NCBI GenBank assembly: GCA_026936335.1
Contig: JAPMXV010000049.1
Span: 372,001 to 436,000, forward strand
Source: Mantamonas sphyraenae STR306
Lineage: Eukaryota; Protista; CRuMs
Length of the DNA stretch: 64,000 bases
Direction of reading: 5' to 3'
The translations under genes were made by a program, and so were the position numbers. The notes beneath the pieces were generated by a model that was not told the DNA's origin, ran no database searches, and was given only the letters and a program-made list of their open reading frames with translations. Positions 32,461 to 44,701 of the stretch are shown piece by piece; position 1 is the first letter of the stretch, and the number at the start of each line of letters is the position of its first letter.

Positions 32461-34422
32461 TCATGCATTGCTCTCGCCGCGTCCGCCGCTGCTGCTGCTG
32501 CTGCTGCTGGAGGACCCGGTGACGGTGTTGATGGCGGCGTTGGTGGCGTGCATCTTGGCAACCTCGGCGGCGTGCTCTTGCTTGGTGGGCTTGCGCAGGG
32601 CCTTTGTGTACCCGTTGCGAGTGTATCCGGTGGGACGTGCGTGGGTGAGCATGTTCTTGGCCACCGGGAGCATAAACACCACCCAGGGGAAGGACAGGAA
32701 GCCGTACATGACCTTGCACCAGTACACAGTGCTCGTGAACTGCCACTTGCTGGCCTCAATCTCCGCCAGCGAGGTGGCATTGGTCACACCGTAGTTCTGG
32801 TCGATGGCAGCCACCACCACAAGCACCACACAGATGGCAAACACCACAAAGTCGTAGATGAGAAAGTTGCGCAGGGCGCCGCCACGGTTCTTGTGGATGA
32901 CGTTGCCGCAGCAATCCTTCTCGCGTCCCAGCGCCTCGTCTGCATTGGAGGCGTCCAGCACGTCGTCCGGGTGGTTCTTGCGCCACTCACGCATGGCAGC
33001 CAGCTCGTCGGTGGACAACACACCATCGCCGTCGTCAAACATGCGATCTCCCTCGCTCTCAATGGCAAACTGCACGTCGCCCTTCTTCTCGCTGTACGGC
33101 AGCATCCAATACGCGGACCACACAAGCACCACCTGCAGCAAAAAGAAGATGAGTTCAAACAGCAGCTCACGCGGACCTGCCGAAGGACAATTGCCCGTTA
33201 TCGTGCATGCATAGTATTGGATGGCGCCCACGGTGGTGCCAATGACACCCAGGGTGACAAACTGCACTCCCTTGAACCCAATCACAAAGCTGGTCAGTTG
33301 GAACTCGTCCTTCTTGTCCTTCATGAAGAAGAGCATGAGGTAGAACAGCTGCGGGACACCGAAGCGCGGAAAGGCAGACACCAGCTTGAGAATCCAAAAG
33401 CTGGGGCTGCGGATCTGCATCCAGATGCTCCTGTTGTACGGAAACATGGAGTACAGCACCCAGGCTCGGAAAGCTGCCCACGGGTTGGGACAGCACGTGA
33501 TCTCCTCCTCAGGCTCCTCCTTGGCCTTCTTGCGCACCATGCCCGAGAAGAAGTTCATCACCTCGATCTTGATGTCCGGCCACACAAAGTCCACCGACTT
33601 GTCGATGCCTCGTTTGACCACGTTGGGCATCAGCGGGTCCTTCACTTGCTGCTTCACCACATCCTTGGTCATGTCCAACGCCATGTCAAGCTTGCGTTCC
33701 AGCCAAGCCTGTGCCTTGGCCTTCGTTTCCTGCACCGCCTTCTCCGTCGCCTCCTTCACTGCGTTTGCCTTTTCCATGGCCGCCTCCTTTGCCAGGTTGG
33801 CCTTTTCCTCTGCCAATGCCTGGTACTTGGTGCGCAGCTCATTCAACTCACGCAGCTGTTGCTTCACCTGTGTGTGTGTGTGTGGTTGGTGTGTGGTTGG
33901 TGTGTCAACACAAAAAGCTCGTGTCAAGGATTTCCCCCCCTCACGTCACCTTTTCCGCCTTGCCCACACACCGCAAGGGCAGGGCGATGACCATGGGTCT
34001 CAATCCCCCCTCCCCTGGTCAACACTCGCCCCTCCCCCCCACACATCGCCACGCCTTGGAACAGCCTGCAGCCGCGCATTCCAGCGAAAGGGGGGAAAAG
34101 CAGCAGCGACCAAAGACCCGCGCGCAAAAGGTGGAAGATTCTCGGGGACCGGAAACACCGCCCACCCACCCCGCAGCTCCGCATCGCAGACATGACACGT
34201 TACCTCTGCAGGAAGGGCATCGCCAACCTTGGCCACGCCTTTCTCAGCCATGGCCTCGAGACGGGCCTCGAGCTCGCGCTCGCGTTCGTGGGCCTTTTCG
34301 GCCATGGCTTTGTACTTCTCCAGCTCCTCCAGCTGCTTCTTCACCGACTCGGGCAGATGCTCAGTCATCTTTTCCTTGGAAGACTCTGCGGCCGCCTTGG
34401 CCTTGTTCAAGAGACCACTCAT
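32461..34422 (-). CDS. Uncharacterised multi-pass membrane protein with an N-terminal helical/coiled-coil region and an EF-hand-like loop
   Basis: Exon 1 'MSGLLNKAKAAAES...', intron ~33868-34203, several TM segments, and the loop 'FDDGDGVLSTDEL'. Confidence 0.7.
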
Positions 34423-34507
34423 GGTGTCAACGTCGTCTGTGGGGAGAGGTTTGTTTTCTGCCGTTGGCCCGACACGGGCACGGCACCACACCAACACATT
34501 TCTCGGC

Positions 34508-36134
34508 ATGAAACTGTTTGGAGCCACACACGCGTTGTGGCTCATGCTACGCCTCGTGTGTGTTTGTCTTCCGGGTTACATCCATCCCGACGAGTGGTTC
34601 CAGGGACCCGAAGTTGTGGCCAGTCTCTTCTGGCCTGATCTGCGTGTCACCCTGCCCTGGGAGTTTGCCGACGCACGCACTCCCTACCGCAGCATTGCCA
34701 GCCCGTAGGTCCCTTGTACACGTGGCGGTGTAACCCATGGCTCATTCATGCTCACCCCTCCTCTGCAGGTTGCTTGGCTCTGGAGCTGCCTTTGCCGCTC
34801 TCGACTCGCTCGAGCCCCTGGGCACGTCTCTACAGCCGTGGATGCTTGTGGTATTGCCTCGTGTGCACCTGTGGATGTTCTCCATGGTCATGGATGTCTG
34901 TGTGTACGCTGTGCGTCCGCAGGCTCTGCCTGCCTTTGCCCGCAGCTGGGTCACTCTCGTCTTTCTCGTGCGCACCTTTTCCAATTCTCAAGAGACCCTT
35001 TGGATGGCATTGTTGCTGGGTGTCTGTGCCATGCGTACCAAGAAAGGTGCTGCGAGATATGATGCCGTCCGCTTTGCCGCTGCGGGGGCGATCCTTGCCG
35101 CTGGATTCTGGACTCGGATCACCTTTCCCGCGTTTGCCGCCGTCCCGTGCCTGTATCTGCTTCAACAACACTGGTCACACACACAAAGTGTCACCAAGGC
35201 CATCTGGATGCTCTTGGGTGCGGTGGGAGCGTTTGCAACCGCGGCAACTGGCCTCATGTTCCTGGATTCCTGGTTCTTTGGTCACATGACATGGCAGTGG
35301 TCGGGGCAACTGTACTGGGGTCTGCCGAAACTCACTCTGCATGGCGATTGGGTGTGTACACCGTGCAACAACCTGCGATACAACACACAGACGGCGAATC
35401 TGGCGGAACACGGTCTGCATCCGTGGTTTCTGCACGCCGCGGTGAATCTTCCCATGCTCTTTGCGCCGTTGCTGGTGGCGGGTGTGTACAGTGTGCGCAA
35501 GCACGGCATGAGTGCGTTGGATGCAATGTGCATTGGCACTGTCTGCGTGTCGGTGGCTGTGCTGTCCTGCTTCCCTCATCAGGAACCGCGCTTCCTGTTG
35601 CCCCTCGTGGTGCCTCTGGCCCTGCTGGATCAGACGTCGGGAGGAGGAGGCATGCTGCGGGTGTTGTATGACACGGTGCTACTGCTTGTGTTTGGCGTGT
35701 TGCACCAGTCCGGTGTCACGCGTTCGCTGATGACCCTTGGCAGTGTACGACACGCCTGGCTGCGTGACGCAGCCTCTCGTGCTGGCGTGGCCTCCAAAGC
35801 AGTGTACTGGCACACCTACATGCCACCTGTGCATCTGGCCATGGGCCAGGGGTGGCAGGTTGTGGACAAGATGGGTGTCAGTGGACAGGAGATGGTATCC
35901 TGGTTGCACACACAGCTCGTCCAGGCTCCAATCACCACCCAGGTCCTCCTCAACGTCCCTTCCTCCATCGACCTTTCTCCTCTGACAGATGACTTTGAGC
36001 TGGCCCTCGTGCGTCGTTTTCCACTCCATCTCTCCACAGAGAACCTGCCTCTGACAGACACCTGGCGTGAACTAGGCGCAAATGCTCTGTCGTTGGCACA
36101 GTACGTGGTGAGAGCTGTGGACAAGAGCGGATGA
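34508..36134 (+). CDS. PIGZ: GPI mannosyltransferase 4 (PIG-Z/Smp3, GT22 family)
   Basis: 'GYIHPDEWFQGPEV', 'RTFSNS.E', 'NNLRYN....NLAEHGLHP', 'HQEPRFLLP'. Intron ~34705-34768. Confidence 0.92.
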
Positions 36135-36174
36135 ACGGTGAGGGCGGCCGTCGCTCCAAACAAAACCGTCCAGA

Positions 36175-38179
36175 ATGAGCGCCATCATACGCGACTGGAT
36201 GGTGGATGCTGTGGTGAATGAAGTTCAACCGAGGAATCCACGTGTACAGGTGATCGAGGTGCGTTGCCGTCTTGCCTGTGCGGGTGTGTGTATGGGGCCA
36301 AGAGTGCGTATGATCGGGCAAGATCACGCAAGTTCCTGACAACTGATCCACCTCGTGTGTTCTGGGCCGCCACACGCGCACAGCTGCGTGACAAAGCCAA
36401 GGGAAAGGTCGTAGTGCGGGACAACAGTACGTTTGTGGACGCAGAGGTCACAGACAAGTGCGGAGTGGACGTTACACAGCTGTACGGCGCGGTCGTGGTT
36501 TTGCGCGCGTACGTGCTGGAAGCAAGCGGCGAGTGCACTCGGTTGCAGATCGACCAGATGGTTGTGTTGACGGGTCCACAGGCAAACATCAATCATGAGC
36601 AGCTGAAAGCCTTGCATGCACACCCAGACGTGGTGGGCCATCTGCAGGACGCGATGCAGGAGAACAGTGTACGCGAAGGCGTCCTCGACCTCCTGGAGCT
36701 GCTCGAGTGTGAGACTGGCACACGCACCGACCGGAATGTCCTCAAACAGTGGCATTGTATCATTGACGAACACGACCAGGCCACTCTGGATGCACAGGAA
36801 GGCTGGGAAGGGTCTACGCTTGCCGGCGTGGTCACGAGCGGCACCCAAGCAGGCGACCTGGAAGACATGCAAGAGTCGCTGAATCACACACAATCGCAGG
36901 TGACCTCTCCTACCCACCCTCGCAACGCCTTCCAGGAGGTTACTGGGGGTGTGGTCGAACACATGCTCGCCTTTGACGAGGAAGACGAGGACGAGGATCC
37001 CGAGGAGGAGGACGAGGACGACGATCCCGAGGTGGAGGTCATCAACGTGCGTGCTGGCAACGTGGACAGGCATGTGTCTTTCCACGACGCCTTTACACAG
37101 GAAGAAGGCGTGGCCAGCCGCGAGGTCGACGACAACCTTGCGCGGGACGAAAACGAGGGGATGGTCGAGGACGGGAACGAAGAGGATGAGATGGAGGGAG
37201 ACGAGGAGGAATCTGAAGAGGAGGAAGAGGACATTGAGGAGCATGGGGACGAGATGAACGTCGAAGAGTCTCAGGGTGGCCTCGACACAAGGTACGGTCT
37301 GGCTGGAGGCATGATGTTTACACAAGAAGAAGCGGGGGCAGCGGATCTGGATGTGGATTTGGACGAGGAGGAAGAGAAGAGGAGGAGGACGAGGAGGAGG
37401 AAGAGGAAGAGGAAGAGGAAGAGGAGGAGGAAGAGGAAGAGGTGCAGGTGCAGGTGCAGAGCGACCCGATGGAAACACAGTCACAAGAACAAGTCTCGGA
37501 AGCAGCAGCAAGCAGCTCCGTGGAAAGCATCTCGGACGACAGCTTGGAGGAAGAACAGCCTGCAAAAGTCACACCTACACGCAAGAGGCGACGTATCGGT
37601 GGACCAAGTCCCGAGATCGTTCTGACGACGCCTCCGCAAACGGCGTCCCAAGGTGGAGACGACGGCCCGCTGGTGTTGTCGGACCTTCTGACAGGCCACA
37701 GACCCATCAACGCGAGGGGAAGGCCCGCGGTAGGTGGCCTCCGTGGCAAGCTGGGCTCCCCTGCAGGCAATGGACGCAAGCGAAAGCGGAGCCAGGTGAA
37801 GGAGTCGCTGCTGTTTGGCATGGACGAGGAGGACGAGGACGAGGCGGAACACGTCGAGCTGGATGACCTAGGCTACCCTGCCACACAAACCAACCGATGG
37901 TTCAACAAGAAGGAGGACGTAGAGGAGGAAGAGGACGAGGATGAGGACGAGGATGAGGAGGACCTCTCGCAAGAGTTTGAGGATGACGCATCCGTGAACA
38001 TGACACCGGATGACAAGGCTCGCAAACTGTACAAGTGGAGCAAGCTGGTGCTTACACACCATCTGGCAAAGCAGAACAAGGCGCAGCAGGATGGGGATGG
38101 GGACTCGGGACGCAAATCGAGGGTGAGAACGCGACAACACACGCTGCTGCGGTTCATGCACACGCTGGGAGCACGATAG
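36175..38179 (+). CDS. Putative TPP1/Est3-like telomere OB-fold protein with a long acidic tail; apparent frameshift in the GA-rich run at ~37375
   Basis: Exon 1 'MSAIIRDWMVDAV...RVQVIE', intron 36259-36383, then 'KVVVRDNSTFVDAEVT...GAVVVLRAY...RLQIDQMVVL', which resembles the TPP1 OB fold. The tail continues in ORF 37442-38179. Confidence 0.55.
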
Positions 38180-38254
38180 GTGGTGGAGATGACCAAATGA
38201 ACACTCTTTGTGTTGCGATGGGAAGCCCAGCGCGCGTGGCCATGCAGACGAATC

Positions 38255-39247
38255 ATGTCAAACACTCGGGTTGTGGCACAGATCATCAAAAAGGCGGTGC
38301 AGGTGAACACGGTGGCCGAAGGGGTGCCCTCGGCAGAGTCCACCAAGAACCTGGTCAAGTACTTGGCCAACCCACAGACCGTCGATCTCGTGTACACCAA
38401 GATCATGGAGCGTGTGCAGAACGATCGCACTCAGAATCCAAAGGTCATCCTCCGCTCCGTCTCTCTGCTCAAGACACACCTCTCCCAGTATGCGCCTGGC
38501 TCAGACACCCTGGAGAAGCTCGATGCGTTTTGCCAGAGCCTGGCAGACAACCCGAAACAGGACCAGGTTGTTGCCAAGGTGCGTTTTCAGCTCCCGAGAG
38601 GGCTTTTCAACCTGCCGCTTCAAAACGCTTCCCAAAACGCCTCCCCACGGCCAACCTGGCCATGTTCTGTCCGTACTTATTGGCCCCCATGCTTGTCCTG
38701 CGTGCTGACACCTCGTGTGCGTGGTCCGTGTATCCTTGCTGTGCGTTGTGTCTGTGTTTTTGGCCGCCATCGTGTGTTTCCCTGCAGTCGCTCTCCTACG
38801 TGCGGATCCTCATTGCTCGCCTGCTCGGCGTCGACCCGCCCTCACGTGGCAAGGGCACACTCAAGAGCACCCGCAGTGGTTCTGGCAGTCTATCCTCTGT
38901 GTCTTCCATCGGCTCGGCCGCTGGTGGTGGCTCGTCCTCCTCTGGCTCGTCGACGTCGTCGTCGTCCGCGAACAACGACGGCGACGCGTCCAACTCGGCC
39001 TCCTCCTACGGCTCTGCCTCGGGCAAAACGGCCTCGTCTGCACAGCAATCCAGTGGCCAGTACGGCGAGGATGAAGAGGACGACGATCCACCTCCGCCTC
39101 CTCCGCCCAGCGAGGTGGAAGGAAGCGGAGCAAACATCCTCTCCTTGTACGGCGCCTCCTCCTCCTCCACCGGTGGCGGCGGTGGCGGCGCAGGCGTTTC
39201 ATCCACATCTTCATCGTCGGCCTCGTCTACCACCCCGTCGTCTGCCA

Positions 39248-39278
<31 letters not shown>

Positions 39279-41517
39279 GTCGTCGCCGTCGTCGTCAGCT
39301 TCACGAGGAGGAGGCGGCTACACCTCACATGGATCCGAGTCTGAGTTTGCCACCGATCTGGAGTACAATCTGTTTCTGAGCAAACCGTCGCCGAGTGTGT
39401 TTCCCGTGCGACACAAGCAGCTGTCGCTGCTGGGTTGTCCTCTGTTTGGGGGCCACTTTCGCAAGGCCGACGGCGAGACGGCGGCGAGCCAGACAGTGAT
39501 GGGCTTTGACGTGAGTGACAGTGTGCACGTGGCCCAGGCGCAAGAGTTGGAACAGCGTGTGATGAGCATCGGCTTGTCCAAGAGTCTGCAGGACGCCAAG
39601 TTTTACAAGGACACGGGTCAGCTGACGGTGCGCAAAAAGGGCCTCAAGATGTACTCGTACAAGTTCTACAAGGACCAGGCTGCGTTGCAACTGTCGCCAC
39701 ACGAGCTGGAGCAGGTGTTTGACACGGTGGTCAATGCCACGGATGCGAGCAACAGGCTGATTGCGTCCAAGGTGTTGATCAAGGTGATCATCGACATCTA
39801 CAACAGCCAGGACCGGGACTCGGTGTCTTACATCCTCAGCACATTCTTTGAAATGTTGGAAAGCAAACAGAGCGAGGTGCGCATCCATGCGTTCAACCTG
39901 CTGTTTAACCTCAGCGTGCACTTTGCCATGTTTGACGACATCAACGAACCCGAAGACGCAGCGGTGCTGGAGTGGATTGCAGGCGACCTCTTCCACAAAC
40001 TCACCGAAATGCTGCTGTACATTTTCCACCGGGATGAGAAGGACGAGCGTGTGTGGCAGGTGGCCTTCAACGCCCTCCTGCACTTTCTCACCTACAAGGG
40101 CCAGATCGCACGCGCTCGCCTCTTTGCAGTGGATCCGCGCATCTTCCCCGTCTTCCTGCGCGTGCTGGGCCACCACAACGACGTGGTCAACCGCAAGCTG
40201 GTGCGCATGATTGTCAACATCCTGTATGCTGACAGCAAGGGCGGCGTGGGCCCGCTGAACATGGAGTTGCTGGCGCACATGGGAGGCATCAACTTTTTCG
40301 TGCATCATTACATGTACACGCGGTCATTGGAGGCGCGAGACAACCTGTTCCGCGTCATCTTTGACCAGGTGGTCCACAACCTGAACCAGATGGAGGACAA
40401 GCCTGCGCAGAGTCAGATTGACATCATCTACGAGTTGCTCAAGCGCTTCGACGCCCCACACATCCTCTCGCAGATGTTCAAGTTCCCGCCGGACAAGTTT
40501 GTGGAGCAGTTTGTGCGCTTCATGTTCTTTGAGCAGCTGAAGAAGGACGAGAGCTTCGCCGAGGTGTCGTCGTCGTTGAACAAGCCCCTGATTGTGCGCT
40601 TCCTGTACGAACTGGAACGCGTGGCACTCAACTATTGGTTCCTGGAACCCGAATTTGACGAACGACTCAAGGAGACACTGGAGACGGGCGAGCTGGAGGA
40701 GGAGGACGTGGAAATCCTGGGTGCGCTGCTGCACTCGGGGGTGCAGAGCGACAGGGTCAACGGCGAGACGTGGCTGTTTGCCATCATCCGTGCCATGTAT
40801 TCTGGGGTCAACATCGACGAAGGCCCTCTGGATGAGGTGTTGCAGGGCATCCTGCGTGTGCCGAATCCGGGCACACGCTGGATCTACCTCTCGGTGACAG
40901 ACAAGCTGATTCAGCTGCACATGAGCAAGGTGCGCACCAATCAGGGGGTTGACCACGACCGCCTGGATCTCATTATGACCGTCCTCAACGAAAACCTGTC
41001 CAACGTGCTGGCGGCAAACGAACAGAACGAACAGAACCTGATGTACATGTTTGACATCCTGTTCAACTTTCTCAGTGTGCGTCCGGCCATCCATGGCAAC
41101 AACCAGTTTGCAGAGGAGACGCTGGACACGTCCTTCTCTCTCTTTCTCAAGGGTCACGTGTATGTGCCCCGCTACCTGCTGAACGAAATCGACCCGCAGA
41201 TCCTGTACCAGCTCTTTGTGCGCATCAGCCCTCGCTTCTACGCAGATGTGCGTGTTGTCCTCCTTGTGCTTATTATCGAACAGTGTCGCAATCTGCAGGG
41301 CACTCTGGACACTGTGGGAGGCATCGAGTTCTTCCAGGCCCTCCTGCAGGACAAGGATCCGCGCATCAGCTTCTGGGCCTCCAGCTACCTGCTTGAACAC
41401 GTCGACGACGGCGTCATGGAGTCTGTGATCAGCAAGGCACGTGACCCGCAGGTGCGTGACAACGAGTACCTGCAGGTGCTGGCCTACATTGAGGCTGGGG
41501 GAGGGTTCAGTGTGTGA
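38255..41517 (+). CDS. Conserved uncharacterised alpha-solenoid (ARM-like) protein of a family I recall from plants and amoebozoans
   Basis: 'LVKYLANPQTVDLVY...PKVILRSVSLLKTHL..Y.P' and 'KVLIKVIIDIY...RIHAFNLLFNLSVH'. Intron 38579-38787. Confidence 0.7.
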
Positions 41518-41550
41518 ATGAAAAGATGCGATTTTTGCGCGAGTTTTGTT

Positions 41551-43083
41551 TCATTCTGACAAGTTGTCAGTGTCCAGGTCCTCCACACTGTCCACCAGCT
41601 CTTGTCCGTCAAGGTCCTCGTCATCGCCACCCTTCAAATCGTTGTCGTTGTCCGTGGAGTGGACGACGACGGTGTCGAGGGAGTCGCCGCGCGCTTCGAG
41701 AGCGGCTTCCAAGGCTCTGCGATAGCGAGTGGCGGTGCGGCCTCGTCCTGCGTCGTTGAGCAGGGTGGTGAGATTAATGATATTGACGTGGACGGGACCG
41801 AGGACACGTCTGTAGTTGCCAAAGCGATGGCCCTGGGAGGTGAGGCCGTTGCGTGTGGCGCCCTGGAAACGTCCGTTGCCCACCAACCCCACGGAGCTGA
41901 CCAGGGCCACCACGGCGGGTCCGTTGTGACTGCACCCAGAGTGCTTGGCCACCAGACACAAGTCACTGTCGTCGGTGTAGCCCGTGCGTGTGGTGCCAAA
42001 CAGGGTGCGTTTGCGCACTCCGTTGCACTCGCTGCCGCCTCGACAATACCAAAAGCCCGACAGCGTGCCGTTCTGAACCGAAGACAGGCTCTTGCGCACC
42101 TTGTGGCAGCGTGAGTTTACAACGGGGATGCCCGCGCGGTCGTGGGTCAGCTGGCCCAGCCGTGGGTTGCTGGTGTCATACCGAGGACACACCAGGTTGG
42201 CCAGGTGACACACAATCCGTTGCAACACCTCAAACGGCAACTGATCCCACAGAAACTCATTCTCCGGCTCCTCAATCACTTCGTAATCCCTGGCCGACGC
42301 CAGCAGCAGTGTTTTCACCTGTGCACGGAAAAACGCGTTAAAGCTGCCGTGCTTCCGTGGCGTCCACAAGTCTTCCACCGGTCCCGACACCACAGGACAT
42401 GTGCCGTACGTGTCATCGTTGCTGCTGTACCACTCACGAAAGGGCACCTCATGGATGGTCATGGAGTAGATCCACGGGCCGTACGGCTTGGATTGGACGC
42501 CGTTCTGGTTGGAGGCAGGGTACTCCCGCTGCCCCGGCGCCTCACGCACCGCATACAATCCCCCCTCGGGTCCAAGCACCCCACTGTGTGCTGCTGCCTT
42601 GCACAGGTTGCTGTCCGACGTGTATACGTCGGTCCCCCAGCACCCGGAGCGCATCTTGCACCCGTTGCCAATTCCTTCGCAGTAAAAAATGGTGTCACGA
42701 AAGTGCTTTTCAGCGTCGCCCGCGTCCCAGCTCGGATCAAGAATCACGGTGCCACAAGGCACCCAGTCCGACCCGCCACTGGCCTGCTTTCCATGCAGCG
42801 TGCCTTTGCCCTCCTCCTCTTTTGTCTCTGTTTGTGTGCTGCGGGAGGAGGAGGACGAGGAGGAGGAGGAGGACGATGACGAGCCCGCTCCTGACGTTTC
42901 GTTCAGTGGAACCACCGTCAGCACACCCTCGTGCGACAGTGTGACGACACCCACCACGTCATCCTGCACAAACAGAGGGTCATGCGAATCTGTTCTTGGC
43001 CCTCGGAAGTCGTACTTGTCCTCGTTCATGGCTGGTGAAGATGGCGCCGTGGCGTCCCCAGAACCTTCCCAAAAATTGTCCAT
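41551..43083 (-). CDS. Protein with two LCCL domains flanking an F-box/SOCS-like module
   Basis: LCCL 'WGTDVYTSDSNLCKAAAHSG...YPASNQNGVQS' and 'LFGT...YTDDSDLCLVAKHSG...ATRNGLTS'. Central 'WTPRKHGSF...LWDQLPFEVLQRI'. Confidence 0.8.
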   Translation of the reverse strand: MDNFWEGSGDATAPSSPAMNEDKYDFRGPRTDSHDPLFVQDDVVGVVTLSHEGVLTVVPLNETSGAGSSSSSSSSSSSSSRSTQTETKEEEGKGTLHGKQASGGSDWVPCGTVILDPSWDAGDAEKHFRDTIFYCEGIGNGCKMRSGCWGTDVYTSDSNLCKAAAHSGVLGPEGGLYAVREAPGQREYPASNQNGVQSKPYGPWIYSMTIHEVPFREWYSSNDDTYGTCPVVSGPVEDLWTPRKHGSFNAFFRAQVKTLLLASARDYEVIEEPENEFLWDQLPFEVLQRIVCHLANLVCPRYDTSNPRLGQLTHDRAGIPVVNSRCHKVRKSLSSVQNGTLSGFWYCRGGSECNGVRKRTLFGTTRTGYTDDSDLCLVAKHSGCSHNGPAVVALVSSVGLVGNGRFQGATRNGLTSQGHRFGNYRRVLGPVHVNIINLTTLLNDAGRGRTATRYRRALEAALEARGDSLDTVVVHSTDNDNDLKGGDDEDLDGQELVDSVEDLDTDNLSE

Positions 43084-43389
43084 GCCAGCTCAGCGGGGCA
43101 GTGGAACACCATTGGATGACATGATTGTGTTCACATGGGATGTGGAGAGCCATGGGGATCCATGGCGTGGTTCTGGTGTCTGTGTGTCAGGTGCTGGGGG
43201 CACCGAAGGGGAAGGTTCCCAGTCTGGACCAGAACCACGTGCACAGGCAGTTTCCACCTGGCAAACCGGTGCAATTGGAACCTCATCTGGAAGAAGAGAG
43301 GACAAGGATGGGTGGCTCTCCATGGGGATGTGGTGCCATGGCTTGAAGGGGTGAGGACGACCCAAACGCCGCCAACCAAACACGCCCAC

Positions 43390-44275
43390 ATGTCCACGAC
43401 GACCAAAGAGAGCACCGGATCGACGGTGGAAGAAGAGAAGGCCAAAAGCAGCCAAATCAAGGACATTCTGGCGGTGGAGGGCAATGATGGCTGCTTTGAC
43501 TGCCTCAGCACACAACCCGAGTGGGCTTCTGTGAACCTGGGGGTCGTTCTGTGCATTGCATGCTCGGGATGCCATCGTGCATTGGGCACCCACATTAGCA
43601 AGGTGCGATCCCTCAGTCTGGACATCCTGTTGGATTCCCAGATTGCGTTTCTGAAGGACACAGGCAACGCAAAGGTGGCGCAGGAACGGTTCCCGGACGC
43701 CAAACGCTTCGACGCCCACCTGGCCCAGGAGGAGCGCCAGAAGCTCATCAATGCAAAGTATGGCGGCAGTGCTTCCGTCCAAGGCATCTCATCCACCCAG
43801 GCAAGCGTCCAGTACACGTCTATTCTGCATATCACTCTGTTTGGTGCCGTCGACCTGCCTGCCAAGGACTCCAACGGCACAAGTGATCCCTACCTCACTG
43901 CAACCATCGGTGGGCAAACTGTCAATGGTCCTGTGGCCCTCAAGAGCCTGAATCCACACTGGTGGGTTGAGAAAATTGGTGTTTTGTTTGTCAGTTCGCC
44001 TGCTCACTCTCCCTCCCCCCGTCCCACCCCTCACCCTCCACAGGTCGCAACAGGTGCTCATGCTCTGTGTGGAGGACGTAGACACGGACGTGTTGAAAAT
44101 TGAAGTGTGGGATTGGGACAAGCACACAAAGGACGATTTCCTGTGCTCGACATCGGTGGAGCTGGCGTCCCTGAACCTCCAACCAAACGAATCACAAACG
44201 CACTGGCTGTCTGCTGAGCAGAAGAAGCTCGACAGTCGCATCCACCTCAAGTTGGAATTGGTGCCTCTGGAATGA
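43390..44275 (+). CDS. ArfGAP plus C2 domain protein
   Basis: 'CFDC...PEWASVNLGVVLCIACSGCHRALGTHISKVRSL' and C2 'DSNGTSDPY...EVWDWDKHTKDDFL'. Intron ~43962-44043. Confidence 0.92.
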
Positions 44276-44317
44276 ACACACACACACACGTTCCATTTCA
44301 CTCTTCTCTTCACTCTG

Positions 44318-44670
44318 TCACTCTGCCACCACGCGGTACACAGACCCAACGTCCATGACAAAGTCCGACTTGAGCCTGTTCATGCGAGTGAGGGCCATGA
44401 CAATGGCCTGGGCCTTTGCTTGCTTGCCATGCAACAGTTCCTTGACCTCATCGACCGTCACCCACTGGGTGGTGGCCCCAGCGGCCGCTCCACCCATCAA
44501 CGTGGCGTCAAAGTGCTTGTCTGCCAGCAGACCGTTGATGGCCTCAATGGCCTTTTGCAGGAAATCCACACTCAACTGTCGCTTCAGTGATCCGGGCATG
44601 GTGGCCATCTCCTCCTCCGTCACTGCGGCCATCAGCGGACACAGCGAGTCTTCGCCCTGTGATTGCTGTT

Positions 44671-44701
<31 letters not shown>

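Noticed and set aside
43084-43323. Upstream ORF in frame with the LCCL gene across one UGA (43090-43092), suggesting readthrough or Sec
   Set aside because: One-in-three chance of being in frame, no conserved motif, and no room for a SECIS in the 33-nt downstream gap.
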